Shown here in pieces: positions 43,922 to 52,711 of a stretch of 53,238 nt of DNA. Source of the DNA: an uncultured Clostridia bacterium. Its GTDB lineage: Bacteria; Bacillota; Clostridia; TANB77; CAG-508. How positions within the stretch are numbered: position 1 is the first letter of the stretch; each line of letters begins with the position of its first letter. The stretch is taken from positions 1 to 53,238 of the forward strand of contig CANQEX010000001.1 in the NCBI GenBank assembly GCA_947596225.1, in the 5' to 3' direction. Below the pieces are notes generated by a model. That model was not told the origin of the DNA. It saw only the letters and a list, made by a program, of their open reading frames with translations, and did not search any database. Both the position numbers and the translations under genes were made by a program.

Positions 43922-43960
43922 AAAGCAATATTATCCTTTTTAGTATTGCTTTTTTTTTTT
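43922..43960 (+). terminator. Intrinsic terminator of module 2
   Basis: aaagcaatatta..tagtattgctt stem followed by a T10 run. Confidence 0.75.
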
Positions 43961-44026
43961 ATTATTGATATTATATACAAGTAAAAAAGTGTATGTTTAA
44001 TATTCTAAGGAAAGGACAAAAACTTA

Positions 44027-44713
44027 ATGATAGAATTTAAAAATGTAAGTAAGATATATGATACTGGAACAGAAGCGGTTCACAATGTATCTTTTAAAAT
44101 AGATAAAGGAGAATTTGCATTTTTAGTAGGTACATCTGGTTCAGGAAAATCTACTTTAATAAAACTAATTTTAAAAGAAGAAGAAGCCACAAAAGGAAAT
44201 ATTATAATAAATGGTAGAGATATTACTTTTTTGAAAGCAAGAAGTGTTCCTCATTTACGTAGGAGTATGGGAGTTGTTTTTCAAGATTTTAGGTTACTTC
44301 CAGATAAAACTGTATATGACAATGTAGCATATGCTATGTATATTGTAAAAGCAATTCCAAAACATATAAGAAGACAAGTTCCAATGGTACTTTCATTAGT
44401 AGGATTAAGTACAAAAGCTAAATGTTATCCAAATGAATTATCAGGAGGAGAGCAACAAAGAGTGGCTTTAGCAAGAGCTTTAGTAAATAACCCTTCAATG
44501 CTAATTGCGGACGAGCCTACAGGAAACTTAGATCCTGAAACAGCTTGGGATATAATGAATTTACTTAATGACATTAATGCTAGAGGAACTACTGTTGTTA
44601 TGGCAACACATGCAAAGGATATAGTAAATAGAATGGAAAAAAGAGTTATACAAATAGATAAAGGTATAATAATTAGAGATGATAAAAAAGGTGGGTATAA
44701 TAGTGAGGTATAA
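44027..44713 (+). CDS. ftsE: Cell-division ABC transporter ATP-binding protein FtsE
   Basis: GTSGSGKST Walker A, LSGGEQQRVALARAL signature, LLIADEPTGNLD Walker B. 228 aa. Followed by ftsX. Confidence 0.9.
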   Translation: MIEFKNVSKIYDTGTEAVHNVSFKIDKGEFAFLVGTSGSGKSTLIKLILKEEEATKGNIIINGRDITFLKARSVPHLRRSMGVVFQDFRLLPDKTVYDNVAYAMYIVKAIPKHIRRQVPMVLSLVGLSTKAKCYPNELSGGEQQRVALARALVNNPSMLIADEPTGNLDPETAWDIMNLLNDINARGTTVVMATHAKDIVNRMEKRVIQIDKGIIIRDDKKGGYNSEV

Positions 44714-45677
44714 TGGTTTTTCTTATTTAATAGGTGAAGGTTTTAGTAATGTACTAAAAAATAAAAAATCAACAATTATATCAATTATGACAATGGTATG
44801 TACAATGTTTTTATTCGGAATATTTTTCTCAATTGGTGTAAATGTTAATTCTGTATTAGAACAAGTACAATTAAAGCAAGGAATACAAGTTTTTATTTGG
44901 GATGAAACTACAGAAGATCAAAGATTACAATTAGAATCAGAAATAAAAACTTTAGATGGAATAAATACTGTTGTATTTAAAAATAAGCAACAAGCATTAG
45001 ATGATTTTAAAGAAATGATGAAAGATAGAAAAGAATTTTTAAAGGCTTATGAAGGAGAAAATAATATTTTCCCAGCATCATATGTGGTTACACTAACAAA
45101 CTTAGAAAAATCTAATGAAATACAGGATGAAATAAAAAGAATAGGTGCTAAAATTGCTACAGAAGGAAGAAGCCAAGAAGTTAATTTAGATATTGAAGAA
45201 TCAACAGAACATGATTCAGTTATAAAAGAAATTACTAGTAGTGATAATGCTATAACAGCTTTAATTACTATTGTTAAAGGCGTTAGAATTGCAATATTAG
45301 TTATATTTATTATTTTATTAGTAATATCAATAACTATAATTTCAAATACAATAAGATTAACAGTTCATGCTAGAAGAAAAGAAATATCTATTATGAAATA
45401 TGTAGGAGCTACAAATGGTTTCATAAGATGGCCATTTATAATTGAAGGTATAATAATTGGAATAATTGCTGCACTAATAACACTTTTAGTAGTTGGTGTA
45501 TTATATGACTTTGTAATACAAAAAATTCAAACTTCAGCTGTATTACAAAAAATGAATATAACATTATTAAGTTTTATTGAAATAGCTAAACCAATAACAA
45601 TTGTATATGCAATATTAGGAATTGGAATTGGTATAATAGGAAGTTCAATGTCGATGAAGAAATACTTGGAGGTTTAA
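44703..45677 (+). CDS. ftsX: Cell-division ABC transporter permease-like protein FtsX
   Basis: N-terminus YLIGEGFSNVLKNKKST, first TM, an extracellular domain of about 120 aa, three C-terminal TMs with MKYVGATNGFIRWPF. The start is ambiguous: GTG 44703 follows aaggtgg, and the track uses ATG 44679, which overlaps ftsE. Confidence 0.85.
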   Translation: MRYNGFSYLIGEGFSNVLKNKKSTIISIMTMVCTMFLFGIFFSIGVNVNSVLEQVQLKQGIQVFIWDETTEDQRLQLESEIKTLDGINTVVFKNKQQALDDFKEMMKDRKEFLKAYEGENNIFPASYVVTLTNLEKSNEIQDEIKRIGAKIATEGRSQEVNLDIEESTEHDSVIKEITSSDNAITALITIVKGVRIAILVIFIILLVISITIISNTIRLTVHARRKEISIMKYVGATNGFIRWPFIIEGIIIGIIAALITLLVVGVLYDFVIQKIQTSAVLQKMNITLLSFIEIAKPITIVYAILGIGIGIIGSSMSMKKYLEV

Positions 45678-45685
45678 AATAATAT

Positions 45686-46960
45686 ATGAAAAAATTTATT
45701 AAAATTAATTTAATAATTTTAGTAATATTTTGCCTATCATGTAATTTTATTTTATTGCAAACAAATGCTACTTCTCTCGATACAGAAACAAACAATCAAA
45801 ATGATGAACAAAAAGATTTAGACACATTACAATTAGAAAAAAGTAATTTAGAAAATGAAATAGAAAATTCAAATAAAGAAATAGAGTTTGTAAAAGATCA
45901 ATTAACTGAAACAGTAGTAGAAATTTCAGAAATAAATCAACAAATTCTTGACAAACAAATGGAAATTCAAACTTTAGAAGCTCAAGAAAAAGATTTAGTA
46001 GCTTATATTAATAAAGCAGAAGAGGAACTAAAGAAATCTGATGAAAAATATAATTATCAAAAGAAAGTACTAGAAGAAAGACTTGTTGCAATGTATGAAA
46101 TGGGACAAGTTACTTATTTAGATATTCTTTTGAGTTCAAAAAATATTACAGAATTTTTATCTAATTATTTCTTTATTGAGGAAATTTCTAAAGCTGATAC
46201 AGAATTACTTGAATCTGTTGAAGCAGAACAAAAATATAATAAAAAATTAAAAGAAAGTTTAGAAACAAAAGAATTAGTTTTATCTCGCTCAAGAGAAACT
46301 AGAGAAAAAAATGCAATTTCTCTTACTAATATGGCAATTATAAAAAATAATAGACTTAAAAGTTTAAATGAAAGTGAGTTACAATTACAACAATCTATTG
46401 AAGAATATCAAAATCAAGTAGCGCAAATAGAAACAGAAATAAGATTATTAGCTTTAGCTAATATTGGAGAAGAGTATGTTGGTGGAGTTATGGCTTGGCC
46501 AGTTCCAGGTTATACAAGAATTACTTCTCAATTTGGTATGAGAACACATCCAATCACTGGTGTATACAAACTTCATACAGGAGTTGATATAGGAGCACCA
46601 TTAGGAGCAAACTTTATTGCTGCAAATGATGGAGTAGTAACATATGCAGGTACTAATAAGGCATATGGAAATATGGTTATTATAGATCATGGTGGTGGAA
46701 TAACTACACTATATGCACATGGTTCTGAAATATTAGTAAATGTTGGAGATATTGTATATCAAGGAACACCTATATTGAAAGTCGGTTCAACTGGTTATTC
46801 AACTGGACCACATGCACATTTTGAGGTAAGAATAAATGGAGAATATGTACAACCATTAGATTATATAACTTCTTATTCAAGTGCTTCAGAAGAAAAGTCA
46901 GAAAATAATAATACTATAAATATAGAAATAAATGATGAAACAAATGAAGAAGTAAATTAA
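45686..46960 (+). CDS. Secreted coiled-coil M23 (LytM-type) metallopeptidase, EnvC-like architecture but with intact zinc ligands
   Basis: Signal peptide, a coiled coil of about 230 aa, then HTGVDIGA (HxxxD) and GPHAHFEV (HxH). Confidence 0.85.
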   Translation: MKKFIKINLIILVIFCLSCNFILLQTNATSLDTETNNQNDEQKDLDTLQLEKSNLENEIENSNKEIEFVKDQLTETVVEISEINQQILDKQMEIQTLEAQEKDLVAYINKAEEELKKSDEKYNYQKKVLEERLVAMYEMGQVTYLDILLSSKNITEFLSNYFFIEEISKADTELLESVEAEQKYNKKLKESLETKELVLSRSRETREKNAISLTNMAIIKNNRLKSLNESELQLQQSIEEYQNQVAQIETEIRLLALANIGEEYVGGVMAWPVPGYTRITSQFGMRTHPITGVYKLHTGVDIGAPLGANFIAANDGVVTYAGTNKAYGNMVIIDHGGGITTLYAHGSEILVNVGDIVYQGTPILKVGSTGYSTGPHAHFEVRINGEYVQPLDYITSYSSASEEKSENNNTINIEINDETNEEVN

Positions 46961-46986
46961 TTTTTATAATAACATAGGAGGAATTT

Positions 46987-48162
46987 ATGAATATTAAAAG
47001 AAACATGAGAATAGTATTAATTAATGTTGTAATTTTTATTATTTTATTAAGTGGTATAGGCTTTACATATGCTACTACTTCTCAAGAATTAAAAAATAAA
47101 CAAAAGGATATTGATGAACAAATTGCAGAGAAAAAAGAAGAAATGAAAAATGTAAAAAATGAATTAAGTGATACATTAACTCAAATTAATAAATTGAATG
47201 TTGAAATTTCTGATTATCAAACAGAAATTAATGAGTTAAATGCACAAATAGGAACTTTAGATATTCAAATTACAGAAAAAGAAGCTAATATAGATGAGCA
47301 ACAAAAGAAATTTGATGCTCAAAAAACTGCATTAGAAGAAAGATTAGTAGCAATGTATGAATCTGGTACAGTAAGTTATTTAGATATGTTATTATCGTCA
47401 GAAGGAATTACTGATTTTATATCAAATTATTATTTAATATCAGAAATAGCAAAAGCAGATAATGAATTATTGGATAATATAGAAAATACTAAAAATCAAA
47501 TAGAAAATGAGAAAAATTCTCTACAAGATGCTAGAAATCAAAGAAATGAGTCTAAAACAGCAGTTGAAGGAAAAAAACAAACTTTAGCATCTTCAGTAAA
47601 TCAAAAAAATCAATTAGCTGCAAATTTAACTGAAGAAGAAAAAGCAATTCAAGCTGAATTAGATGAATTTGAAAAAGATAAGCAAAGAATTCAAGCTGAG
47701 TTAGCAGCTTTAGCAGCTAAAGATAATGTAAAACCGGTTGCACCTAGTGCTGCTGGGTACATATCTCCATTAGCTGGAAAAACAAAAGCTAATATAACAA
47801 CAGGTTATGGTTCATATCAAACACGTAGTGGAAAACATACAGGAGTTGATTTTGCTTGTAGTGGAGGAACACCAATTTATGCTGTAAAAGCTGGAACTGT
47901 TATAACTTCTAAAGCTTTAACATATCCAAATGGTTCATATAAAAGTTATGGAGAATACATAGTTATAAATCATCATGATGGTACTATGACATTATATGGT
48001 CATATGCAATCAGGTTCTAGATGTGTATCAGAAGGTCAGGCAGTAGCTCAAGGACAACAAATAGGTAGAGTAGGTTCAACAGGAAATTCAACAGGAAATC
48101 ACTTACATTTTGAAGTTCGTGTTGGTGGTAGTCCTGTAAATCCTATACCTTATTTACCATAA
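46987..48162 (+). CDS. Second secreted coiled-coil M23 metallopeptidase
   Basis: Signal anchor and coiled coil. LEERLVAMYE(S/M)G.V(S/T)YLD(M/I)LLSS is shared with the previous gene. HTGVDFAC and GNHLHFEV. Confidence 0.85.
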   Translation: MNIKRNMRIVLINVVIFIILLSGIGFTYATTSQELKNKQKDIDEQIAEKKEEMKNVKNELSDTLTQINKLNVEISDYQTEINELNAQIGTLDIQITEKEANIDEQQKKFDAQKTALEERLVAMYESGTVSYLDMLLSSEGITDFISNYYLISEIAKADNELLDNIENTKNQIENEKNSLQDARNQRNESKTAVEGKKQTLASSVNQKNQLAANLTEEEKAIQAELDEFEKDKQRIQAELAALAAKDNVKPVAPSAAGYISPLAGKTKANITTGYGSYQTRSGKHTGVDFACSGGTPIYAVKAGTVITSKALTYPNGSYKSYGEYIVINHHDGTMTLYGHMQSGSRCVSEGQAVAQGQQIGRVGSTGNSTGNHLHFEVRVGGSPVNPIPYLP

Positions 48163-48184
48163 TTAATAGAATAGGAGTATTTTA

Positions 48185-49399
48185 ATGGAAGACAATATAG
48201 AGGATGAATTAAAAAAACAAAAAAAAGGTTTAAAGATAAAATATACTTTATTTACAATTATTATTGCAATACTTGTTGCAATAGCATCTTCAGAGTATAC
48301 ATTATACAATTATTTTGGAAAAATACCTAATAAAACAAAATCAAGTACTGATTCTAAAGAAAATATAGATGTAATTGCAGATAATTTAAAAGAATTTAGA
48401 GATGTAATTGATAAAAATTATATTGGTGAAATAGATGAACAGAAAATATTAGATGAAACTATAAAAGGTTATGTAAAAGGATTAGATGATGATTATTCTG
48501 AATATATGACAGCTAGTGAATGGCAAGAATTTCAAGCAGATGCGTTAGGTAACTATGTTGGAGTAGGAATTTATATGAGTATAGACAAAAATAACAATGT
48601 AGTTGTTTTAGCACCAATTCCTCAAACACCTGCAGAAGAAGCTGGAATTAAATCTGGAGATATTATAGCATTTGTTAATGATGAAAGTACTATGGGTATG
48701 TCATCTGATGAAGTTTCTTCAAAAATAAAAGGTGAAGAAGGAACAAAAGTAAAAATAACAGTTTTAAGGGATAATAAATATCTTGATTTTGAAGTAGAAA
48801 GAAAAGCAATAAAAATTTATCATGTACAAAATAAAATGCTTGAAAATAATATAGGATATATTTCATTATATACATTTGATGAGGGTTGTAGTGATGAATT
48901 AAAAACTGCATATGAAACACTAAAAAGTCAAGGTGCACAAAAAATAATTATAGATTTAAGAAATAATACAGGTGGATTAGTTGATGAAGCATTAAAAATA
49001 CTTGATTTATTTTTACCAAAAGATTCGGTTGAGCTTATAACAGTTGATGCTAATGAAAATAAAGAAAAAAGTTTAGCAAAAGAAGATGTAACTATAGATT
49101 GTGATACAGTTGTATTAGTAAATGAATATTCTGCAAGTGCTTCAGAAATTGTAGTAGGTGCATTAAAAGATCATAAAAAAGCAACTTTGGTAGGTAAAAC
49201 AACATTTGGTAAAGGAGTTATCCAAAATGTATTTATGTTACAAGATGGAAGTGCATTAAAATTAACTGTAAATGAATATTATACACCAAATGAAACAAAA
49301 ATAAACAAAGTTGGTATTACTCCAGATTATGAAGTAGAATTAAATGAAGATACTGAAGAAGATGAACAATTAAATAAAGCAATCGAATTATTAAAATAA
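48185..49399 (+). CDS. S41 carboxy-terminal processing peptidase (CtpA/CtpB-like) with PDZ domain
   Basis: GVGIYM, PDZ segment AEEAGIKSGDIIAFVND, VLVNEYSASASEIVVGALKD (catalytic Ser), TTFGKGVIQ (Lys). N-terminal TM. Confidence 0.88.
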   Translation: MEDNIEDELKKQKKGLKIKYTLFTIIIAILVAIASSEYTLYNYFGKIPNKTKSSTDSKENIDVIADNLKEFRDVIDKNYIGEIDEQKILDETIKGYVKGLDDDYSEYMTASEWQEFQADALGNYVGVGIYMSIDKNNNVVVLAPIPQTPAEEAGIKSGDIIAFVNDESTMGMSSDEVSSKIKGEEGTKVKITVLRDNKYLDFEVERKAIKIYHVQNKMLENNIGYISLYTFDEGCSDELKTAYETLKSQGAQKIIIDLRNNTGGLVDEALKILDLFLPKDSVELITVDANENKEKSLAKEDVTIDCDTVVLVNEYSASASEIVVGALKDHKKATLVGKTTFGKGVIQNVFMLQDGSALKLTVNEYYTPNETKINKVGITPDYEVELNEDTEEDEQLNKAIELLK

Positions 49400-49404
49400 A
49401 CTAG

Positions 49405-49441
49405 AAGTGGTAAAATATGATATTTATTTTACCACTTTTTT
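49405..49441 (+). terminator. Intrinsic terminator after ctp
   Basis: aagtggtaaaat..attttaccactt (12-bp stem) followed by tttt. Confidence 0.75.
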
Positions 49442-49510
49442 GTTATAAAATTGTTGCTAAAAAAACACATAAATGATAAAATTATTATGTGAAAAAATGA
49501 GGTGATACAA

Positions 49511-51562
49511 ATGATAGATTTTAATATTACAAGTGAAGAAATAGAAGCACTAAAACTATATATTAATAACAAATATGAAGCTATTAATCAAATGCTTGTT
49601 AGTGATTGCGAAACAGATATTGATTTATTAAGTTCAGATGTAGAAAATAAAATCGTAAATATAGATTACGATAAAGAAGCAATTATAGAATATTTAAAAA
49701 CAATAAAATTAATATATAGATTAATTATAAAAAAATTTTATAATGATATTTTTCCTAAAAAAAATGCTAATATTTTTTATAGAGGAACAAATTTATCAGA
49801 AATTGAAAGATATAAAAATGAGTTATATATTGATAGATTTTTAATGACCTCAGAAAATATTGATAAAGCAATAAATAACAATTCAGCAAATTGGAATAGA
49901 CCTGCTTGTATGAATTTAAAATTAGATATAAATGTACCTTATATATATGTTAAAGATTTTTTATCAGACGAAAAATTTAAAGAAGATATATTAATATCAC
50001 CTTTTACTAAAATAAAAAAAGTTTCAGAAGATGAAGAAAAAACTATAGAGAAAAATTCTAAAACAGTTAAAATATATAATATTGAATTAGAGAAACAAAA
50101 ATTAGATGAATTAAGTGAAGAAGAAAGATATGGACTTTATAATTTTATTTTAGAAAATTCTTATGTTATAAAAAGAAAAATTGAACAATGTATTGAACTT
50201 GAAAAAGAAAATGCAACCAATTTTGAAAATATTCGTAAATTAGAACAATTACTTAATAAATATGAAAATGCAAATGATGAAGAAATTGAAGAAAAGTCTG
50301 ATATGGAAATAGAAACAGATACAGACGATATTCAAAGAATAACAAAAGAGTTAGATGAATTAAAAGAAATTTCAACTAATGTTTTTAAAATAAGAAAAGA
50401 AAATATTGATTTTGTAAATGTTTGGAAAAGAAATATAGCAGTATATATGATTGCAGAATGTAAGGAAATAGAAAAAGAATTTGATAGTTTAATAAACAAA
50501 GAATATGAAATTGAAAATTCAGATAAAGAAGAATTAGAAAGTGTTGAAGAAATTGAAGAAGACAATATTGAAAATAAAGTTGAAGATGAAAATGATGAAG
50601 AAGATGATGAAGTAAAAAAACAAAGTAAAGAAAATGTAGAGGCTGGAAAAAAACTTTTAGAGAATATTAAAAAATTAATAACTAAACAGCAAAATCATGC
50701 TAAAATTGCTGGAAATATAGGAGCTACATATAGTGCTTTAAATAATGCGTTTGAAATGAAAAAATCAGCAGAAGTTTTATTAGAATTACTAAAAAATATT
50801 GATTCTAAATTAAATCAAGCAAATGAAGAAAATAATAGTGTAGAAATAGATAAAATTGCTAAAACTAATTTAGAAATTAGTACTTTAATAAATTATCTTA
50901 ATAATCCTAAAATTGTTGGTTCTAATATAAAGGCAACTCGTTTTGATGAAATGTTTATAATTGAAGAAAATCAATTAAAAAAAGGCATATTTGAAAAAGT
51001 TAGAAATATTAGAGGAGAAGCAGAACTTAAAAAGCTAAAAGAAGATTTAGAAATAATAGAAGATAAAGGATTTTTTAGTAAATTATTAGGAATATTTACA
51101 GGTAGAAACAAATTAGATGAATTTATGATTGAACAAATAGAAATAAGAAAAGAAGCAATAAAAAAGAATTTATCACATAAATTAGGATTAGCATATAATT
51201 ATAGTATCCATGAACTTATTGCTGAAATACAGATGTTTATTAATGATAATTATGATGATGAACTTGTTGAAGAAGATATTGAAACTTTAAAAAAATTAGC
51301 TAATGAATTGAAACAAAACTTTGTTATATTAGAATCAAAAGTTCAAAGTATAATTGAAGAAAAAGAAGGAAGAAATTTACCTGTAAAAAATAAAAGATTA
51401 TCAAAACGTGATATGTTAGAAATTCAAACATACAGATTTTTAAATAAATATGGTTATGATGAAATATCTAATCTTGGAAAAGAAGAACCTAAATATCAAG
51501 ATACAATGACAAGTGAAATATCAAGAATTATTGAATATATTAATAGTTCAGAAATTTTATAA
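49511..51562 (+). CDS. Cytoplasmic protein with N-terminal ADP-ribosyltransferase (R-S-E clade)-like domain and a C-terminal coiled-coil region of about 500 aa
   Basis: SEEIEALKLYINNKYEAINQMLV (the E..A...Y....Y..IN..L entry helix of C3/VIP2-type ARTs). FYRGT (Arg codon 49781-49783). FLMTSE (STS-like, 49844-49855). FKEDILISP in place of the (E/Q)xE(V/I)LL motif (49982-49987). No signal peptide. ATG 49511 follows gaggtg. Confidence 0.55.
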   Translation: MIDFNITSEEIEALKLYINNKYEAINQMLVSDCETDIDLLSSDVENKIVNIDYDKEAIIEYLKTIKLIYRLIIKKFYNDIFPKKNANIFYRGTNLSEIERYKNELYIDRFLMTSENIDKAINNNSANWNRPACMNLKLDINVPYIYVKDFLSDEKFKEDILISPFTKIKKVSEDEEKTIEKNSKTVKIYNIELEKQKLDELSEEERYGLYNFILENSYVIKRKIEQCIELEKENATNFENIRKLEQLLNKYENANDEEIEEKSDMEIETDTDDIQRITKELDELKEISTNVFKIRKENIDFVNVWKRNIAVYMIAECKEIEKEFDSLINKEYEIENSDKEELESVEEIEEDNIENKVEDENDEEDDEVKKQSKENVEAGKKLLENIKKLITKQQNHAKIAGNIGATYSALNNAFEMKKSAEVLLELLKNIDSKLNQANEENNSVEIDKIAKTNLEISTLINYLNNPKIVGSNIKATRFDEMFIIEENQLKKGIFEKVRNIRGEAELKKLKEDLEIIEDKGFFSKLLGIFTGRNKLDEFMIEQIEIRKEAIKKNLSHKLGLAYNYSIHELIAEIQMFINDNYDDELVEEDIETLKKLANELKQNFVILESKVQSIIEEKEGRNLPVKNKRLSKRDMLEIQTYRFLNKYGYDEISNLGKEEPKYQDTMTSEISRIIEYINSSEIL

Positions 51563-51587
51563 TAATATATAAACAAAGGAGAAATTT

Positions 51588-52592
51588 ATGGAAGAGCCAA
51601 ATAATCAGAATGATAATGCAGAGAAAAAACAACCAGAAACTACAAAAATAAAAATCGGAACAGTTGGAAATTTTATTTTGGTAGCATTTGTAATTTTAAT
51701 TATTGGAACTGGTGCTTTAACATATTATTTAATACATAATGCTAAAGACAATTATGATAAACAATATAATGAGTTAATATCAAATTTACCACAAAATAAT
51801 ATTCAAGAAGAACAAGAAGATACAATAGCGAATATAATAGATTCTGCTATATCAGATGTTGCTTTACAAAATTCTAATACTTCACCTACAACTACAGATG
51901 AAAATGCAAAAAAAATAATGAATGAATCTCTAGTTGTTTTATATAATGGCTTAATTCTTGATACAAGTGTAATGGATGAAGTATCTTTAAAATATATAGA
52001 TACAAGATCAAATGAAAGTGAAAAATATATAATTACTTATTATAGTTATGAAAATTATAGTTTTAAAGAATCAAGATTAGGAACATTTTCTTCACAATTA
52101 TATGAAGGATTGGTAAAAATAGATAATGTTGGAAAAATTGCTATATCAGAAGATTATGATGCAATACCAAGATCTGTTCAAGTTGTTAATACAATTCCTG
52201 AAATAGTTTTAAATAATAATTCATCAGTAAAAGATTATGATACTATAAAAACAATAATTGTAGATTTAGATGGAAATGGAACAAATGAGTATGTATTAGT
52301 TTTAGCAAATAAAACTACTGGATTTTCAAAAATAACTTTAGTAGATGCAAAAGGAACTAAAATTGCAGATTTAGCTTCTATAGAAAAAAGTAAATGGAAA
52401 AATGACGTTAATAATGAATATTATTTAAGTTTGAACAATATTGAAACAATAGATGTAGATAATGATGGTATAATGGAAATAGTTCTTGAAATACCACATG
52501 CTACAGGAAATCCTACAGTAAGTTTATTAAAATATAATAATGGAGAATTGCAAGGAAAAACAGGTATAGAATGTTCTTTATTAGCTGAATAG
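51588..52592 (+). CDS. Membrane-anchored protein with FG-GAP/VCBS-like calcium-binding loops
   Basis: TM (FILVAFVILIIGTGALTYYLI). DLDGNGTNEYVLV and DVDNDGIMEIVLE are DxDxDG-type loops followed by a hydrophobic strand. Confidence 0.55.
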   Translation: MEEPNNQNDNAEKKQPETTKIKIGTVGNFILVAFVILIIGTGALTYYLIHNAKDNYDKQYNELISNLPQNNIQEEQEDTIANIIDSAISDVALQNSNTSPTTTDENAKKIMNESLVVLYNGLILDTSVMDEVSLKYIDTRSNESEKYIITYYSYENYSFKESRLGTFSSQLYEGLVKIDNVGKIAISEDYDAIPRSVQVVNTIPEIVLNNNSSVKDYDTIKTIIVDLDGNGTNEYVLVLANKTTGFSKITLVDAKGTKIADLASIEKSKWKNDVNNEYYLSLNNIETIDVDNDGIMEIVLEIPHATGNPTVSLLKYNNGELQGKTGIECSLLAE

Positions 52593-52603
52593 AAATGAAA
52601 AAG

Positions 52604-52629
52604 CACTTTAAATTTTAAAGTGTTTTTTT
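52604..52629 (+). terminator. Intrinsic terminator
   Basis: cactttaaa t tttaaagtg followed by ttttttt. Confidence 0.65.
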
Positions 52630-52676
52630 ATTGTTTCATATTCTTAAAAAAAATGTAATAAAAATGAAAAAAAATG

Positions 52677-52705
52677 TTGACAAAGGGTATTGCCCGTAGT
52701 ATAAT
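52677..52705 (+). promoter_or_regulatory. Consensus sigma-A promoter of the S10 (rpsJ) operon
   Basis: TTGACA (52677-52682), exactly 17 nt, TATAAT (52700-52705). Confidence 0.8.
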
Positions 52706-52711
52706 GAATAA

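Larger units (their letters stand above)
32061..43960 (+). repeat. Tandem segmental duplication: two diverged copies of promoter, giant hydrolase gene, partner gene and terminator
   Basis: Copy 1 is about 32061-38533 and copy 2 about 38551-43960. The promoter, 5' UTR and first roughly 300 nt of coding sequence are very similar. There are further near-identical blocks, e.g. 34653-34780 vs 40406-40533 and 35972-36030 vs 41765-41823. Confidence 0.85.
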
